From positions 8,424-72,423 of the forward strand of contig CAYXHP010000150.1 of assembly GCA_964465015.1 (NCBI GenBank): a stretch of DNA of 64,000 nucleotides, written 5' to 3'. The DNA comes from an uncultured Gemmatimonadota bacterium. GTDB lineage: Bacteria > Gemmatimonadota > Gemmatimonadetes > Palauibacterales > Palauibacteraceae. A model generated the notes under the pieces. That model was not told where the DNA came from. It saw only the letters and a list, made by a program, of their open reading frames with translations, and ran no database searches. Within the stretch, counting starts at the first letter, position 1. Each line of letters opens with the position of its first letter. Shown piece after piece: positions 18,939 to 28,167 of the stretch. Both the position numbers and the translations under genes were made by a program.

Positions 18939-19634
18939 TCAGCCTCCGGCTGGTGCCGGGCTGGCCTTCTGCATCGTGAAGGTGAGAGGCGCCGACTTCA
19001 CCATGGCGCGGTCTTTCTTGTCGGCGGGAGCGGCCAGCAGGTAGAGGATCGGCGTGTCCGACGAGAGGTCCTGGAGGATGCCCTTCATGTCCTTGGAGAG
19101 GAGCTCGTCCTGCGGCACTTCCACCGTGCCCACCACGAAGGTCCCCTTCAGGCCGAAGCCGGACGGGATCATGGACTTCTCGGGGAGGAGCTTGTCGGGC
19201 TCGGTGACGCTCGCCGTGGGAATCACATCGAACGGATCCGACGTCTTCTGCTGCCGAATCTCTCCGCCCTGGGCCAGCGCCGCGTACAGGACGAAGCTCA
19301 TCTTCTTGGCGGCCTTGGCCACGTCCGGCGTGGCATCGAACTGCACGGCCACGCCCTTTCGGAGATCGTCCCAGGTGATCTGCGCGGGCATGCTGTCCAT
19401 CTTGGCGTTGAAACTCTGCGTGATGAGGACGCGGACCACGTTCTCGCCCGACTGGCCGCTTCCGCCTCCCGCCGAGTCCTGGGCGGCCAGCGGGGATCGC
19501 ACCGTCACCGCGAGCAGCAGGGCGCTCGCGGCGACCAGCAGCCTCCCCGACGCGGCGCTCCACCGGTGTCCGGCGGTGCGTGCCGCCCGGCCATGGAGGC
19601 TCGTGGTCTCTTCGCCTCTAGTCTCCGTGGTCAT
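18939..19634 (-). CDS. Hypothetical secreted protein
   Basis: GGAGGAG RBS before ATG 19634 (MTTETRGEE...). Signal-like LLVAASALLLAVTVRSPLAAQ. Lower-GC codon usage but a clean ORF. Confidence 0.55.
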   Translation of the reverse strand: MTTETRGEETTSLHGRAARTAGHRWSAASGRLLVAASALLLAVTVRSPLAAQDSAGGGSGQSGENVVRVLITQSFNAKMDSMPAQITWDDLRKGVAVQFDATPDVAKAAKKMSFVLYAALAQGGEIRQQKTSDPFDVIPTASVTEPDKLLPEKSMIPSGFGLKGTFVVGTVEVPQDELLSKDMKGILQDLSSDTPILYLLAAPADKKDRAMVKSAPLTFTMQKASPAPAGG

Positions 19635-19739
19635 GCTCTCCTCCGGTTCGTGGCTCGTGATGGACCGGTCGGCGTCGACCCGTGTCTCGCCCACCGGCAC
19701 TCTCTTATCCGGCACCGGGTCGAGAGGTCCGAGCGCCGC

Positions 19740-20933
19740 TCAGAACCCGACCCCATGCAGCGCCCACGCGACTCCGAACCCCAGGTAGTTCCCGATCGCG
19801 TAGCCCAGCAGTCCGACGACGATGCCGGGAAGCACCAGCGCCGGCCATTCCCGGGACACCGCCACCGCCAGGGCGCTGGTCGGACCGCCCACGGCCGCCT
19901 GGGAGGCGACGGCCAGGGTCCCCAGGTCGATCCTGGCCAGACGGCCGAGGCCGAACGTGATCACCCCGTGGATGCCCACGGTGATCATCGTGAACACGAA
20001 CACCGACACGCCCACGGCCAGGATCTGGTCGACCCGAGAGTAGATCCCGATGACGACGAAGAACAGGTGGAGGGTGTAGTTGCCCATCTGCATCGCCCCC
20101 TCCATGCGCGAGAAGGGCCCCACGTGCGCCAGCACGAGCGCGAAGGTGGTGAGCCACAGGACGGCGGGCACTCCGGGCACCAGCCGCCCGGCCAGCGTCG
20201 CCGCCGTCAGCAGGGCGAGCCCGACCGCCACCAGCCGCGCCATGTCGAGGGCCGAGATCGAGGCGGGCGAAAAGAAGGGATGTGCCCCCTCGCTCACCGT
20301 CTTCGGCTCCCCGACGGCGGTCTCGTTGGGGGCGGCGGCGACGGGCACGTCCGAGCCCGTCCCGGCGCCGTCCAGCGTGGGGATCGGGAAGGGATAGAGT
20401 CTGCGGAGCCAGATCGGCAGGACCAGGCACGCGCCCATCCAGATGCCGGTGGTGAGCGCGTCGGCCGCGTTGGCGCCGGCGAACAGCTGAGCGGGGATGC
20501 GGAGGCCGCGCCCGACGGCGACGAAGTTGACCGAGCCACCGGTATAGGTCCCCGTGAACGCCCCGGCCAGGCGCCAGGTCTCGTCTCCGAAGATCCGGTG
20601 CAACACTCCGGTGGACACGGCCACACCCACCAGCGTCCCCAGGCACGCGATGCCGAAGGCCCCCAGCATCCGCGGGCCCGCCTTCCGAAGGTCGCCGATG
20701 TGCACGCCCAGCAGGAGCCAGGCGATGGCCAGGGAGGTCACGGGTCCCGAGATCGTGCCGTACAGGGGCGATTGGGCCGGCACGAGGCCGAAGTTCGAGA
20801 GTAGCGCCCCGAACACGATGACCATGAGAGACGCGCCGATCTTCGAGAGGGCCGGCACCCGGTGGTCCAGCCAGAACGCCAGCGCCGTGACGAGCGCGAT
20901 CACGGTCGCCAGCGCCAGGGGTGAGCGGATCAA
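19740..20933 (-). CDS. DUF819-family integral membrane protein
   Basis: Polytopic membrane protein. The N-terminus LIRSPLALATVIALVTALAFWLD..LSKIGASLMVIVFGALLSNFGLVP is DUF819-like. Proposed TTG start at 20933 is preceded by GGGAGA. The ATG at 21005 would overlap the upstream gene by 38 nt. Confidence 0.6.
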   Translation of the reverse strand: MIRSPLALATVIALVTALAFWLDHRVPALSKIGASLMVIVFGALLSNFGLVPAQSPLYGTISGPVTSLAIAWLLLGVHIGDLRKAGPRMLGAFGIACLGTLVGVAVSTGVLHRIFGDETWRLAGAFTGTYTGGSVNFVAVGRGLRIPAQLFAGANAADALTTGIWMGACLVLPIWLRRLYPFPIPTLDGAGTGSDVPVAAAPNETAVGEPKTVSEGAHPFFSPASISALDMARLVAVGLALLTAATLAGRLVPGVPAVLWLTTFALVLAHVGPFSRMEGAMQMGNYTLHLFFVVIGIYSRVDQILAVGVSVFVFTMITVGIHGVITFGLGRLARIDLGTLAVASQAAVGGPTSALAVAVSREWPALVLPGIVVGLLGYAIGNYLGFGVAWALHGVGF

Positions 20934-20967
20934 CCGCGGTCTCCCGTGAGTCCCGGCGAGGAGCCGA

Positions 20968-21651
20968 TCAGGCGCCGGCCTCCACCGGCTCCACGCACGC
21001 GGCATCGTCGTGCGCGGGGCTGTTCACCCGGCGGCTGACCGGAAAGGCCTCGAGGTCCTCCTCGTGGGGCCCCAGAAGCCGGCCCGCATCGGCCGCCGGG
21101 AGCTCCGAGTCCAGCCACGTGGCCCATCGATCGCGGGGCAGGATGGCCGGCATGCGGTCGTGCAGGCGCTCGAGGAGGTCGCCGGGTGTCGTGGTGAGAA
21201 TCGTGGCCGAGTCGATGCGCCTGCCCCCGCGCTCCCAGCGCTCCCACAGCCCCGCGAAGGCGAACAGCCCCCCGTCCTTGCGATGGATCAGGTAGGGCTG
21301 CTTGCCGGAGCCCGTCTTCCGCCACTCGTAGAACCCGTCCGCCGGGACGAGGCAGCGGCGACGGCGAAACGCGTCACGGAACGACGGCTTGGTCGGGGCG
21401 GACTCGGCGCGGGCGTTGATCAGGGTGGGAAAATGGTCCGGGTCGTCGACCCATCCCGGTAGCAACCCCCAGCGCGCCCGCGCCAGCTCGCGCGGAGGCC
21501 CCGCTCCGCTCTCCTCGCGCCGCCGGACGATGGCGATCTCCTGGGTCGGGGCGATGTTGTAGCGCACATCGAGGCCCAGCCCCGGGGCGAGCGCGTCGAA
21601 CGCTTCCGAGACCTCGGTTTCGGAATGTCGGAGCGTGAAGCGGCCACACAT
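20968..21651 (-). CDS. SOS-response-associated peptidase (SRAP/YedK family, abasic-site processing)
   Basis: Starts MCGRF with the catalytic Cys2. Also has NIAPTQ, a FAFAGLWERW-type core and PVSRRVNSP. Confidence 0.88.
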   Translation of the reverse strand: MCGRFTLRHSETEVSEAFDALAPGLGLDVRYNIAPTQEIAIVRRREESGAGPPRELARARWGLLPGWVDDPDHFPTLINARAESAPTKPSFRDAFRRRRCLVPADGFYEWRKTGSGKQPYLIHRKDGGLFAFAGLWERWERGGRRIDSATILTTTPGDLLERLHDRMPAILPRDRWATWLDSELPAADAGRLLGPHEEDLEAFPVSRRVNSPAHDDAACVEPVEAGA

Positions 21652-21811
21652 GGGCCCCAGCATAGCCGCGCGCCGGCCCCGGGTCGAGCCGGCGCGCGAG
21701 CGGCGTGCCGCGGGCGGGCGAGCCCTCCGGACCGAACCGCGCAGAGCCCGCGGAGGCGGGCGCCCGAGGACCCGGCGGCCGCGACCACCGGGTCCGAGGC
21801 GCCGACGAGGG

Positions 21812-22879
21812 TCACGGCTTGGGTCCGTTCACGGTGACGACCGGAGTGCGGACACCGGACGGGAAGGTCTCGGCCAGAGTGGCCAGGTCCACGGGCGTGG
21901 TCTCGGGCCCGGGCTTCAGGTCCCTGACCCGCTCCAGGCTCACCTCGGCCTTCTCGTAGGCGGGCGCTGCGGCGAGCGCGGCCCGATACGCGTCGGCCGC
22001 CTGGTCGGGATGGCCCGTACGCTCCAGGGCCACGCCCAGGTTGTTCTGGAAGGTGGGGTCGTCGGGCCGGAGCGACACGGCCCGGGCCAGGGGCGCCAGC
22101 GCCTCCTCGTAGCGGCCCAGCCGAACGAGCGCGACTCCCAGGTCGTTCAGGCTCCACACCTGGTCCGGGTCCCGGGTGGCCGACTCGCGGTAGAGCTCCT
22201 CGGCGTCCTCGAGGCGACCCTCCGCCGTGCGGAGGTTGCCCGCGACGCGCAGCACCACCGGATCCTCCGGCGCGATCTCGAGGGCGTGCTCGAGCGGCGT
22301 CTCGGCGTCACCGGTTCGGTCCTGCTCCAGGAGCACCCGACCCAGGTTCACCAGACTCTTCACGTGGTCGGGGTCGCGGTCGAGCGCCGCGCGGAAGCCC
22401 TCCTGCGCGAGCTCGGGATCCCCGGCCTTCCAAGCCGACAGGCCCAGCATGTAGTGACCCCACGCGTTGTCCGGCTTCCGGTCCGTATAGGCGCGGAACA
22501 GCGCCACGGCTTCCTCGTAACGCCCATCCCGGTACGCCGAGGCAGCCTCGGCGTAGCTCACCGGCCCCGAGATGGTGGGCGCCCCGGTCCCGGCCGCGGG
22601 CGAGCCGGCCGCTTCCGTGCCGGCCGAGTCGGTGCTCTCCGTCGTCCCTGCGGGGACGGCGGCCTGCGCCTGCACGGCGACCGACTCCGGGCCGCCGGTC
22701 GCGGTGGCACCGGGCGTGCCGTTCGAAGAGGCGTCTCCTCCGCCGCACGCGGCGGCGCCGGCCAGGAGCAGCGCCGCGGTGAGCGCGGCTCCGGCTCGAC
22801 CCGTCCAGGCGCCCGTCCCGTGCCACATCCTCCCCTTCCTGACCTCTCGCATCCTCGAATCGGGCTGTCTGGCGTCCAT
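21812..22879 (-). CDS. TPR-repeat protein, probable lipoprotein
   Basis: Signal peptide ending LLLAGAAAC. Multiple TPR units (AWGHYMLGLSAWKAGDPELAQEGFRAALDRDPDH and others). Start ATG 22879 is preceded by GAGGGAGGG; alternatives at 22852 and 22828. Confidence 0.75.
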   Translation of the reverse strand: MDARQPDSRMREVRKGRMWHGTGAWTGRAGAALTAALLLAGAAACGGGDASSNGTPGATATGGPESVAVQAQAAVPAGTTESTDSAGTEAAGSPAAGTGAPTISGPVSYAEAASAYRDGRYEEAVALFRAYTDRKPDNAWGHYMLGLSAWKAGDPELAQEGFRAALDRDPDHVKSLVNLGRVLLEQDRTGDAETPLEHALEIAPEDPVVLRVAGNLRTAEGRLEDAEELYRESATRDPDQVWSLNDLGVALVRLGRYEEALAPLARAVSLRPDDPTFQNNLGVALERTGHPDQAADAYRAALAAAPAYEKAEVSLERVRDLKPGPETTPVDLATLAETFPSGVRTPVVTVNGPKP

Positions 22880-22944
22880 GGTCCCTCCCTCGTGGTGCGC
22901 CCGGAGGCGCGGTGAGCGCTTCTCGCGACCGGGGAGGAGGAAGG

Positions 22945-22959
22945 GCAAGCGTACCGCCA
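22945..22959 (-). promoter_or_regulatory. Candidate sigma54 (-24/-12) promoter for the TPR lipoprotein gene
   Basis: The minus strand reads TGGCGG-TACGC-TTGCC against the consensus TGGCAC-N5-TTGCW, with exact GG-N10-GC spacing. It lies about 65 nt upstream of ATG 22879 and about 98 nt downstream of a perfect palindrome. A sigma54 activator gene is adjacent. Confidence 0.55.
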
Positions 22960-23048
22960 CCAGGGTGATCGAGCCCACGACCGAGTGTCATTCGCTTATG
23001 GTGCAACGAGTTGAGATAGCGATCCGCGGCCGGGGCAGTCCGGGCGAT

Positions 23049-23064
23049 GTGTCCATATGGACAC
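23049..23064. promoter_or_regulatory. Perfect 16-bp palindrome (candidate enhancer/UAS) with a nearby third half-site
   Basis: GTGTCCATATGGACAC is its own reverse complement. GATGTGTCCATA (23046-23057) recurs as GACGTGTCCATA at 23080-23091. It sits in the lower-GC intergenic region between the activator gene and the TPR gene. Confidence 0.6.
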
Positions 23065-23241
23065 GTATCGTGCGGGCCCGACGTGTCCATAACTACACAT
23101 CCTGGAGCGGTGTCGGCCGAGGACGCGGGCAGACTCGCATCGCCCCGAGCCGCGGACGGGCACCAGGGGCCGCGAGGCCCCGGCGCCGCGCTCGGCCCCG
23201 CACAGCCTCCCTCGGCCCCGCCCGGCCTCGTTCCGCTTCGC

Positions 23242-24642
23242 TCAGCCGCGCTCGATGCCCAGGCGACGCATGATCTTGAGAAGACTGGAGTGGTCGGCCA
23301 GACCCAGCGCGCGGGCCGTCTCCGTGACGTGCCCGTCGTGGCGGCGTAGCGCCGAGCGGACGATGCGGCGCTCGGCCTCCTCCTTGAGCTCGCGGTAGGT
23401 GAGGCCTTCGGCGCCCGGGGGAAGGATCGCGGCCGACTCGTCCCCATCCGACGCGCTGCCGTCGCGGGCCCCGGCGCCCCGGCGCACCTCCGCCGGCACG
23501 GCGTCCGCGCCCACGATGGGGGGCTCCGCGTCGATCACCATGCGCTCGATCGCGTTTCGGAGCTCGCGAACGTTGTTCCGGCGCCAGTCGTAGGTCATCA
23601 GGAGCTCCACGGCATCCGCGCCCAGCTCCAGGGGCGCGATACCGTACCGGCGGCAGGTGGCGGACAGGAAGTGGTCGGCGAGAAGCGGCACATCGGAGAG
23701 ACGCTCCCGGAGGGGCGGCACGCGCAGGACGTGGACGTTGAGACGATAGTACAGGTCCTCCCGGAAGCGGCCCTCCGCCACGTCGGCCTCCAGGTCCCGG
23801 TGGGTCGCGGCCACCACCCGGCACGCCACCGCGAGGGCCCGCGTGCCGCCCACTCGCGTCACCTCGCGCTGCTCCAGGACGCGCAGGAGCTTGGCCTGGG
23901 CGGCCCCGGGAAGCTCGCCCACCTCGTCCAGGAACAGCGTGCCCGCCGCGGCGAATTCGAAGGCGCCCTGCCGCATCCGGTCGGCCCCGGTGAAGGCGCC
24001 CTTCTCGTGCCCGAACAGCTCGCTCTCGACCAGGCTCTCGGGGAGCGCGGCGCTGTTCACGGGCACGAAGGGCGCGTCCGCCGGACGACCCAGCTCGTGG
24101 AGCCGCCTGGCCACGAGCTCCTTGCCGGTCCCGCTCTCTCCCAGGACGAGGACGGGACTCGGGATCGGCGCCAGCCGCGCGATCCTCTCCTTGAGCTCCA
24201 GCATGGGGGCGGCGGTCCCCAGGAGGCCGGCGTCTTCATCCAGCCGCTCCCGAAGGCGCGCCACCTCACCGGCCAGCCGCCCCCGCTCCACGGCGCCCCG
24301 GATCTCCTCCACCACGCGGCGCATCGGCTCGGACTTGTCGATGAAACCGTACGCGCCCAGGCGGATGGCCCGGGCGCAGCGGTCGAAGTCGCCCGTCCCG
24401 GTGTAGACGATGACCGGCACCTCGCGCTCCTCGCGGGCGAGGGCGGTGAGCACGTCGAAACCGTCCACGCCGGGCATCTCGAGGTCGAGGATCACGCAGT
24501 CCACGGCCTCCGCCGCCAGGAGCTCGAGCGCCTCACGGCCGCCGGTGGCCACCAGGGTGTGGAAGTCGCCCAGCCGGCGCAGGTCGTAGGCATATTGCTC
24601 GGCGACGGCCGACACGTCGTCCACCACGAGGACGCGCGTCAC
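23242..24642 (-). CDS. Sigma54-dependent two-component response regulator (NtrC family)
   Basis: REC domain (VLVVDD...ILDLEMPGVDG). AAA+ domain with GESGTGKE and the GAFTGA sigma54-contact motif. C-terminal Fis-type HTH. Confidence 0.92.
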   Translation of the reverse strand: MTRVLVVDDVSAVAEQYAYDLRRLGDFHTLVATGGREALELLAAEAVDCVILDLEMPGVDGFDVLTALAREEREVPVIVYTGTGDFDRCARAIRLGAYGFIDKSEPMRRVVEEIRGAVERGRLAGEVARLRERLDEDAGLLGTAAPMLELKERIARLAPIPSPVLVLGESGTGKELVARRLHELGRPADAPFVPVNSAALPESLVESELFGHEKGAFTGADRMRQGAFEFAAAGTLFLDEVGELPGAAQAKLLRVLEQREVTRVGGTRALAVACRVVAATHRDLEADVAEGRFREDLYYRLNVHVLRVPPLRERLSDVPLLADHFLSATCRRYGIAPLELGADAVELLMTYDWRRNNVRELRNAIERMVIDAEPPIVGADAVPAEVRRGAGARDGSASDGDESAAILPPGAEGLTYRELKEEAERRIVRSALRRHDGHVTETARALGLADHSSLLKIMRRLGIERG

Positions 24643-26468
24643 GCGTCCTCCTCGACCGCCGGAAGGTCGATGGTGAAGCGGGCACCTTCTCCCGGCCGAC
24701 TTTCGACCTCGATCGTTCCCTCCATGTCGGTGACCAGGCGCCGGACGATCGCCAGGCCGAGCCCGGCGCCCTCCTCCCGCGTCGTGTAGAACTCCTCGAA
24801 CACGCGCGACCGCTGATCCTGGTCCATGCCGGGCCCCGTGTCCGCCACCTCCAGTCGGACTCGCCCCGGATCGGGACTCGAGCCGACCCGCACGACCACC
24901 TCGCCCCCCTCCCCGTCCATGCTTTCGATGGCGTTCCGAACCAGGTTCTCGAGGATGCGCCGCACGGCCACCGGGTCGGCCAGCGCCGGCGGCGCGGCCT
25001 CGTCCGTGTCGGCCCGCACGTCACCGCCGCGCTCGGCCGCGGCGCCGGCGGCGTCGGCCGCCACGCGCCGCGCCAGGGCGGCCACGTCGCAGGGCCGGGA
25101 CGCCGGACGGGAAGAGAGCCTGGCGTAGCGCGTGGCCAGCGTCTCCAGGTAGCCGAGCCCACCCTCCAGGGAACCTCTACGCTCCTCGAACACCTCGGCC
25201 AGTCGGGACGGGTGCTCGCGCGCCACCTCGGACAGGTGCCGGACGACGTGGCGGAGCGGCGTGAGCCCGTTGCGGACGTCGTGGTTCACCTGGCGCGCGA
25301 TCTCGCCCAGGGTGGCGCGGCGCTCCGCGTCACGAAGGCGGACGGCCCCCGCGCGGATTCGCCCGGTGAGCGCCTCGAGGCCGCGGGCCAGCACGCCGAT
25401 CTCGTCCCGGCGCCCGGTCGGGAAGCTCACCTCCAGCCGCTCGAGGTCCAGCCGCGCGGTGCGGCGCGCCAGGTCGGCCAGGGGCCGGCTGAGCCGCGTC
25501 GCGGCCCACAGTCCGAACAGCAAGGCCGCGGCGGCCACCACGAGGAGCGCGGCCAGGAACCAGAGGTCGATCTGGCGGCGCAGCGATCGGAGCGGCGCCA
25601 GCGACCGGACCACGCTCAGGCGGGCCACGTCCGCCGCACCGGCCGCCGCGCCGGGAGCCACCCGTCCCGCTGCCGCGCTCCCCTCGGGGCCGCGACCCGC
25701 CAGGGTGAAGTCCACGAACGGCAGCGTCACCTCCTCGACCACCGCATCGGCGTCCTCCGGGTCCCCGGACGCGGCCGGACCTCCTGCCGCACGCTCCGCC
25801 CCCGGTCCAGTCGGCGGGCCGACCGACGGAGGAGATGCGGCGTCGCCCGGCACGTCCAGCACCAGGCGTACGGCCCCGCCCGGCGCGAGACCGGCGAGGA
25901 AGGCCGAATCCACGGCGACGCCGCCCACGAGCGTCAGGGGCCGGGTTGCGACGCGGACGTCGGCCTCCGCCGCCAGCGCGAGGACGGGCCCGGAAGGTGT
26001 CGGCGCCCGGACGAGGGCCTCGCCCCCGGCCGCGGCCGAGATGCGCTCCGCCACGCCGGGCTCCCGGCGGTCGTACTCGTTCCGGAAGTGGCCCGAGCTC
26101 AGGATGCGCCCGTCGGCTTCCTGGAGCTGCAGCACGGCCAGCCCCGCGAGCCTCATGGCGCGGCCGGCGTAGTCCAGGAGGTAGCCGCGATCGACCCCGG
26201 AGCGGTCGGCGAGCGCCCGGCGCAGCCGGTTGTCGAGCTCGGCAGCCTCGGCCATGGCCGCCAGCCGCGACCGGACGTCGTGGCCGTCGCGCGCCAGCTC
26301 CGTCCGGATGTCGGCGGCCAGGTCCCGCGTCTCCTGTCGGTAGCGGCCGGTGAGATCGGAGCGCACGCGGGCCCGGACGCCGAGTCCGAACACCAGGAGG
26401 GGAGCCAGCGACAGCGCCGCCAGCGCCGCGGCCAGTCGAGTCCGGAAGCTCCGGGCCGGGCCACTCAC
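24639..26468 (-). CDS. Sensor histidine kinase (TM - periplasmic domain - TM - HAMP - HisKA - HATPase_c)
   Basis: GTG start at 26468 overlaps the upstream TGA (GTGA). Two TM helices, HAMP (RRDEIGVLARGLEAL), H-box NHDVRNGL and ATP-binding VADTGPGMD...GAGLGLAIV. The stop overlaps the regulator start. Confidence 0.88.
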   Translation of the reverse strand: MSGPARSFRTRLAAALAALSLAPLLVFGLGVRARVRSDLTGRYRQETRDLAADIRTELARDGHDVRSRLAAMAEAAELDNRLRRALADRSGVDRGYLLDYAGRAMRLAGLAVLQLQEADGRILSSGHFRNEYDRREPGVAERISAAAGGEALVRAPTPSGPVLALAAEADVRVATRPLTLVGGVAVDSAFLAGLAPGGAVRLVLDVPGDAASPPSVGPPTGPGAERAAGGPAASGDPEDADAVVEEVTLPFVDFTLAGRGPEGSAAAGRVAPGAAAGAADVARLSVVRSLAPLRSLRRQIDLWFLAALLVVAAAALLFGLWAATRLSRPLADLARRTARLDLERLEVSFPTGRRDEIGVLARGLEALTGRIRAGAVRLRDAERRATLGEIARQVNHDVRNGLTPLRHVVRHLSEVAREHPSRLAEVFEERRGSLEGGLGYLETLATRYARLSSRPASRPCDVAALARRVAADAAGAAAERGGDVRADTDEAAPPALADPVAVRRILENLVRNAIESMDGEGGEVVVRVGSSPDPGRVRLEVADTGPGMDQDQRSRVFEEFYTTREEGAGLGLAIVRRLVTDMEGTIEVESRPGEGARFTIDLPAVEEDA

Positions 26469-28102
26469 CGGCTCCCCCCGCCGGAGCCCGGGCCGGCCCG
26501 GGAGAGCAGGGGCGTCCCATCCCAGTCGACCGACAGGGCGGTCACGCCGTGGCGTACGAAGAGCCCCGGGCGCGTGTCCACGAGCGGCACGAGAGCCCCC
26601 CCACTCTCCAGCCACGGGAGCGCCCGCTCGAGAGCCCCGCGCGCCGCGCAGGGCGCCAGGACCCTGCGGGGGAGAGACACCACGTAGGCGGGATCCTCCG
26701 CGCCGCGAGCCGAGGCGGTCAGCACCTCGGGAACCAGCGGCGACGAGCGCCATGCGGCGTCCGGGGACGCCCCCAGCAGCCGCTGCACCTCGGCGCCGAT
26801 CGAATCGGAGCCCGCCGGGCCCGAGGCGAGGGCCACGAGCCGGTCCGCCAGGTCCCGGGCGGCCGGGTCTCCGAGGGGATAGGCGAGCCTGAGCGGCCCC
26901 GCGCGGCGCCCCGACGCCACCGCGCCTTCCGGCCGGACGCGTAACCCGGCCGCGGCCGCCGCGACCCGCCCCCGCGCCTCCCGGGTACCCGCCCCGGGCG
27001 CGGCGGAGCTCCCCGACGGCGCTCCCGCGTCGCAGACGGCCCGGCGCCATCCGATGGGGTCGGCGGGCACCGCCCTCCCGCGCACCGCGTCCCGGGCCAG
27101 CGAGGCTCGCAGCGCGACGAGGGCTTCCGCCCCCTCGGCGGGGGCGGCCGTGGCGCCCGGAACGGCCAGGGCGTAGACGCGGTCCCGGGGGACGGGCAAG
27201 ACCTCGTAGTCCGGGAGGCTGGCCGCGTAGTCGGCGGCGCGCCGGTCGGGATCGACCAGGAGGTCCACGCCGGCGTCCAGCAGATCGCGCTCGTCCCGGT
27301 CCGGGGGCACGGTCAGAAGGCGCCAGGTCGAGAGCGCCCGCCCCCCGGTCGGCGCGGGAGCGGGAAGAAGGAGGAGCGCCACCGAGTCGCCGGTCGGGTC
27401 CCCCGGCCGGAAGGGTCCGCTCCCGAGCGGCCAGGAGCCCGGCCCGGCTCGGAGCACCGAGAGCCCGGGCTCGGCGAAGGCCGACGGCGGGGTCGGGCCG
27501 GAGAAGAAGGCCACGAGAGTGGATGCGTCCTCGACGCGCGTGCTGTCGGGAAGGACGGGCGGCGGCCGCGCGGAGGCGCTCCCGAACGCTCCCTCTCCGA
27601 CGCCGGGACCGCTTCGTTCTCTCTCCTCCGAGAGTCGGCGCCAGCTCCACGCGACATCTCCCGCCGTCACCTGCGTGCCGTCCCAGAACCGGGCATCCGG
27701 CCGCAGGCGGAAGGTGAAGCGGCGGCCCTCGTCGGACGCGCTCCACGAGGCGGCGAGGCCGCGGTGGAGTCCGCCCCGGCAGTCCACGCGAATCAGGGTC
27801 TCGTACAGCTGGCGGAAGACGAGACGCTCGGCGGCGTTCCTGGCGTACGGAACGTCGCGAGGGCGCACCGCGCCGGCGACGGCCACGGTCAGGGTTCCGG
27901 GGCGGGCCGGGAGGAGGGACTCGGACGGGCATTCCGGCTGCCCGGCCGTCCCGACGGCGATCCAGTTCCCCGGCCCTCCCGCCGCGCCCGATGGGGCCGG
28001 TTCGGCCGGTCCCGCGGGGGGACCACCCGCTGACGCGCAGGCGGCCAACGCGGCCATCCCGGCCGCGGCCGAGACGCGCCGGATCCGCGACATCATCCTC
28101 AC
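26465..28102 (-). CDS. Family-5 (DppA/OppA-like) solute-binding lipoprotein, no cognate permease in window
   Basis: Lipobox MAALAAC. Core FRQLYETLIRVD...LAASWSASDEGRRFTFRLRPDARFWDGTQVTAGDVAWSW is typical of SBP_bac_5. Confidence 0.75.
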   Translation of the reverse strand: MRMMSRIRRVSAAAGMAALAACASAGGPPAGPAEPAPSGAAGGPGNWIAVGTAGQPECPSESLLPARPGTLTVAVAGAVRPRDVPYARNAAERLVFRQLYETLIRVDCRGGLHRGLAASWSASDEGRRFTFRLRPDARFWDGTQVTAGDVAWSWRRLSEERERSGPGVGEGAFGSASARPPPVLPDSTRVEDASTLVAFFSGPTPPSAFAEPGLSVLRAGPGSWPLGSGPFRPGDPTGDSVALLLLPAPAPTGGRALSTWRLLTVPPDRDERDLLDAGVDLLVDPDRRAADYAASLPDYEVLPVPRDRVYALAVPGATAAPAEGAEALVALRASLARDAVRGRAVPADPIGWRRAVCDAGAPSGSSAAPGAGTREARGRVAAAAAGLRVRPEGAVASGRRAGPLRLAYPLGDPAARDLADRLVALASGPAGSDSIGAEVQRLLGASPDAAWRSSPLVPEVLTASARGAEDPAYVVSLPRRVLAPCAARGALERALPWLESGGALVPLVDTRPGLFVRHGVTALSVDWDGTPLLSRAGPGSGGGSR

Positions 28103-28167
28103 GCGTTCCGCCTACCCCGGGCGGCCTTCGACTTGCCCGCGGGCCGGGCGGCCGCTAGCCGTCGGCC

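Noticed and set aside
20934-21005. Upstream ATG start (21005) for the DUF819 membrane protein.
   Set aside because: It would add 24 non-hydrophobic residues and overlap the SRAP gene's 3' end by 38 nt. TTG 20933 with a GGGAGA RBS gives the family-typical N-terminus. This remains uncertain.
26469-27932. In-frame extension that makes the histidine kinase ORF 1097 aa.
   Set aside because: The extension is Arg/Gly/Pro junk and fully overlaps the solute-binding protein gene in another frame. GTG 26468, overlapping that gene's TGA, yields a normal TM-first kinase.
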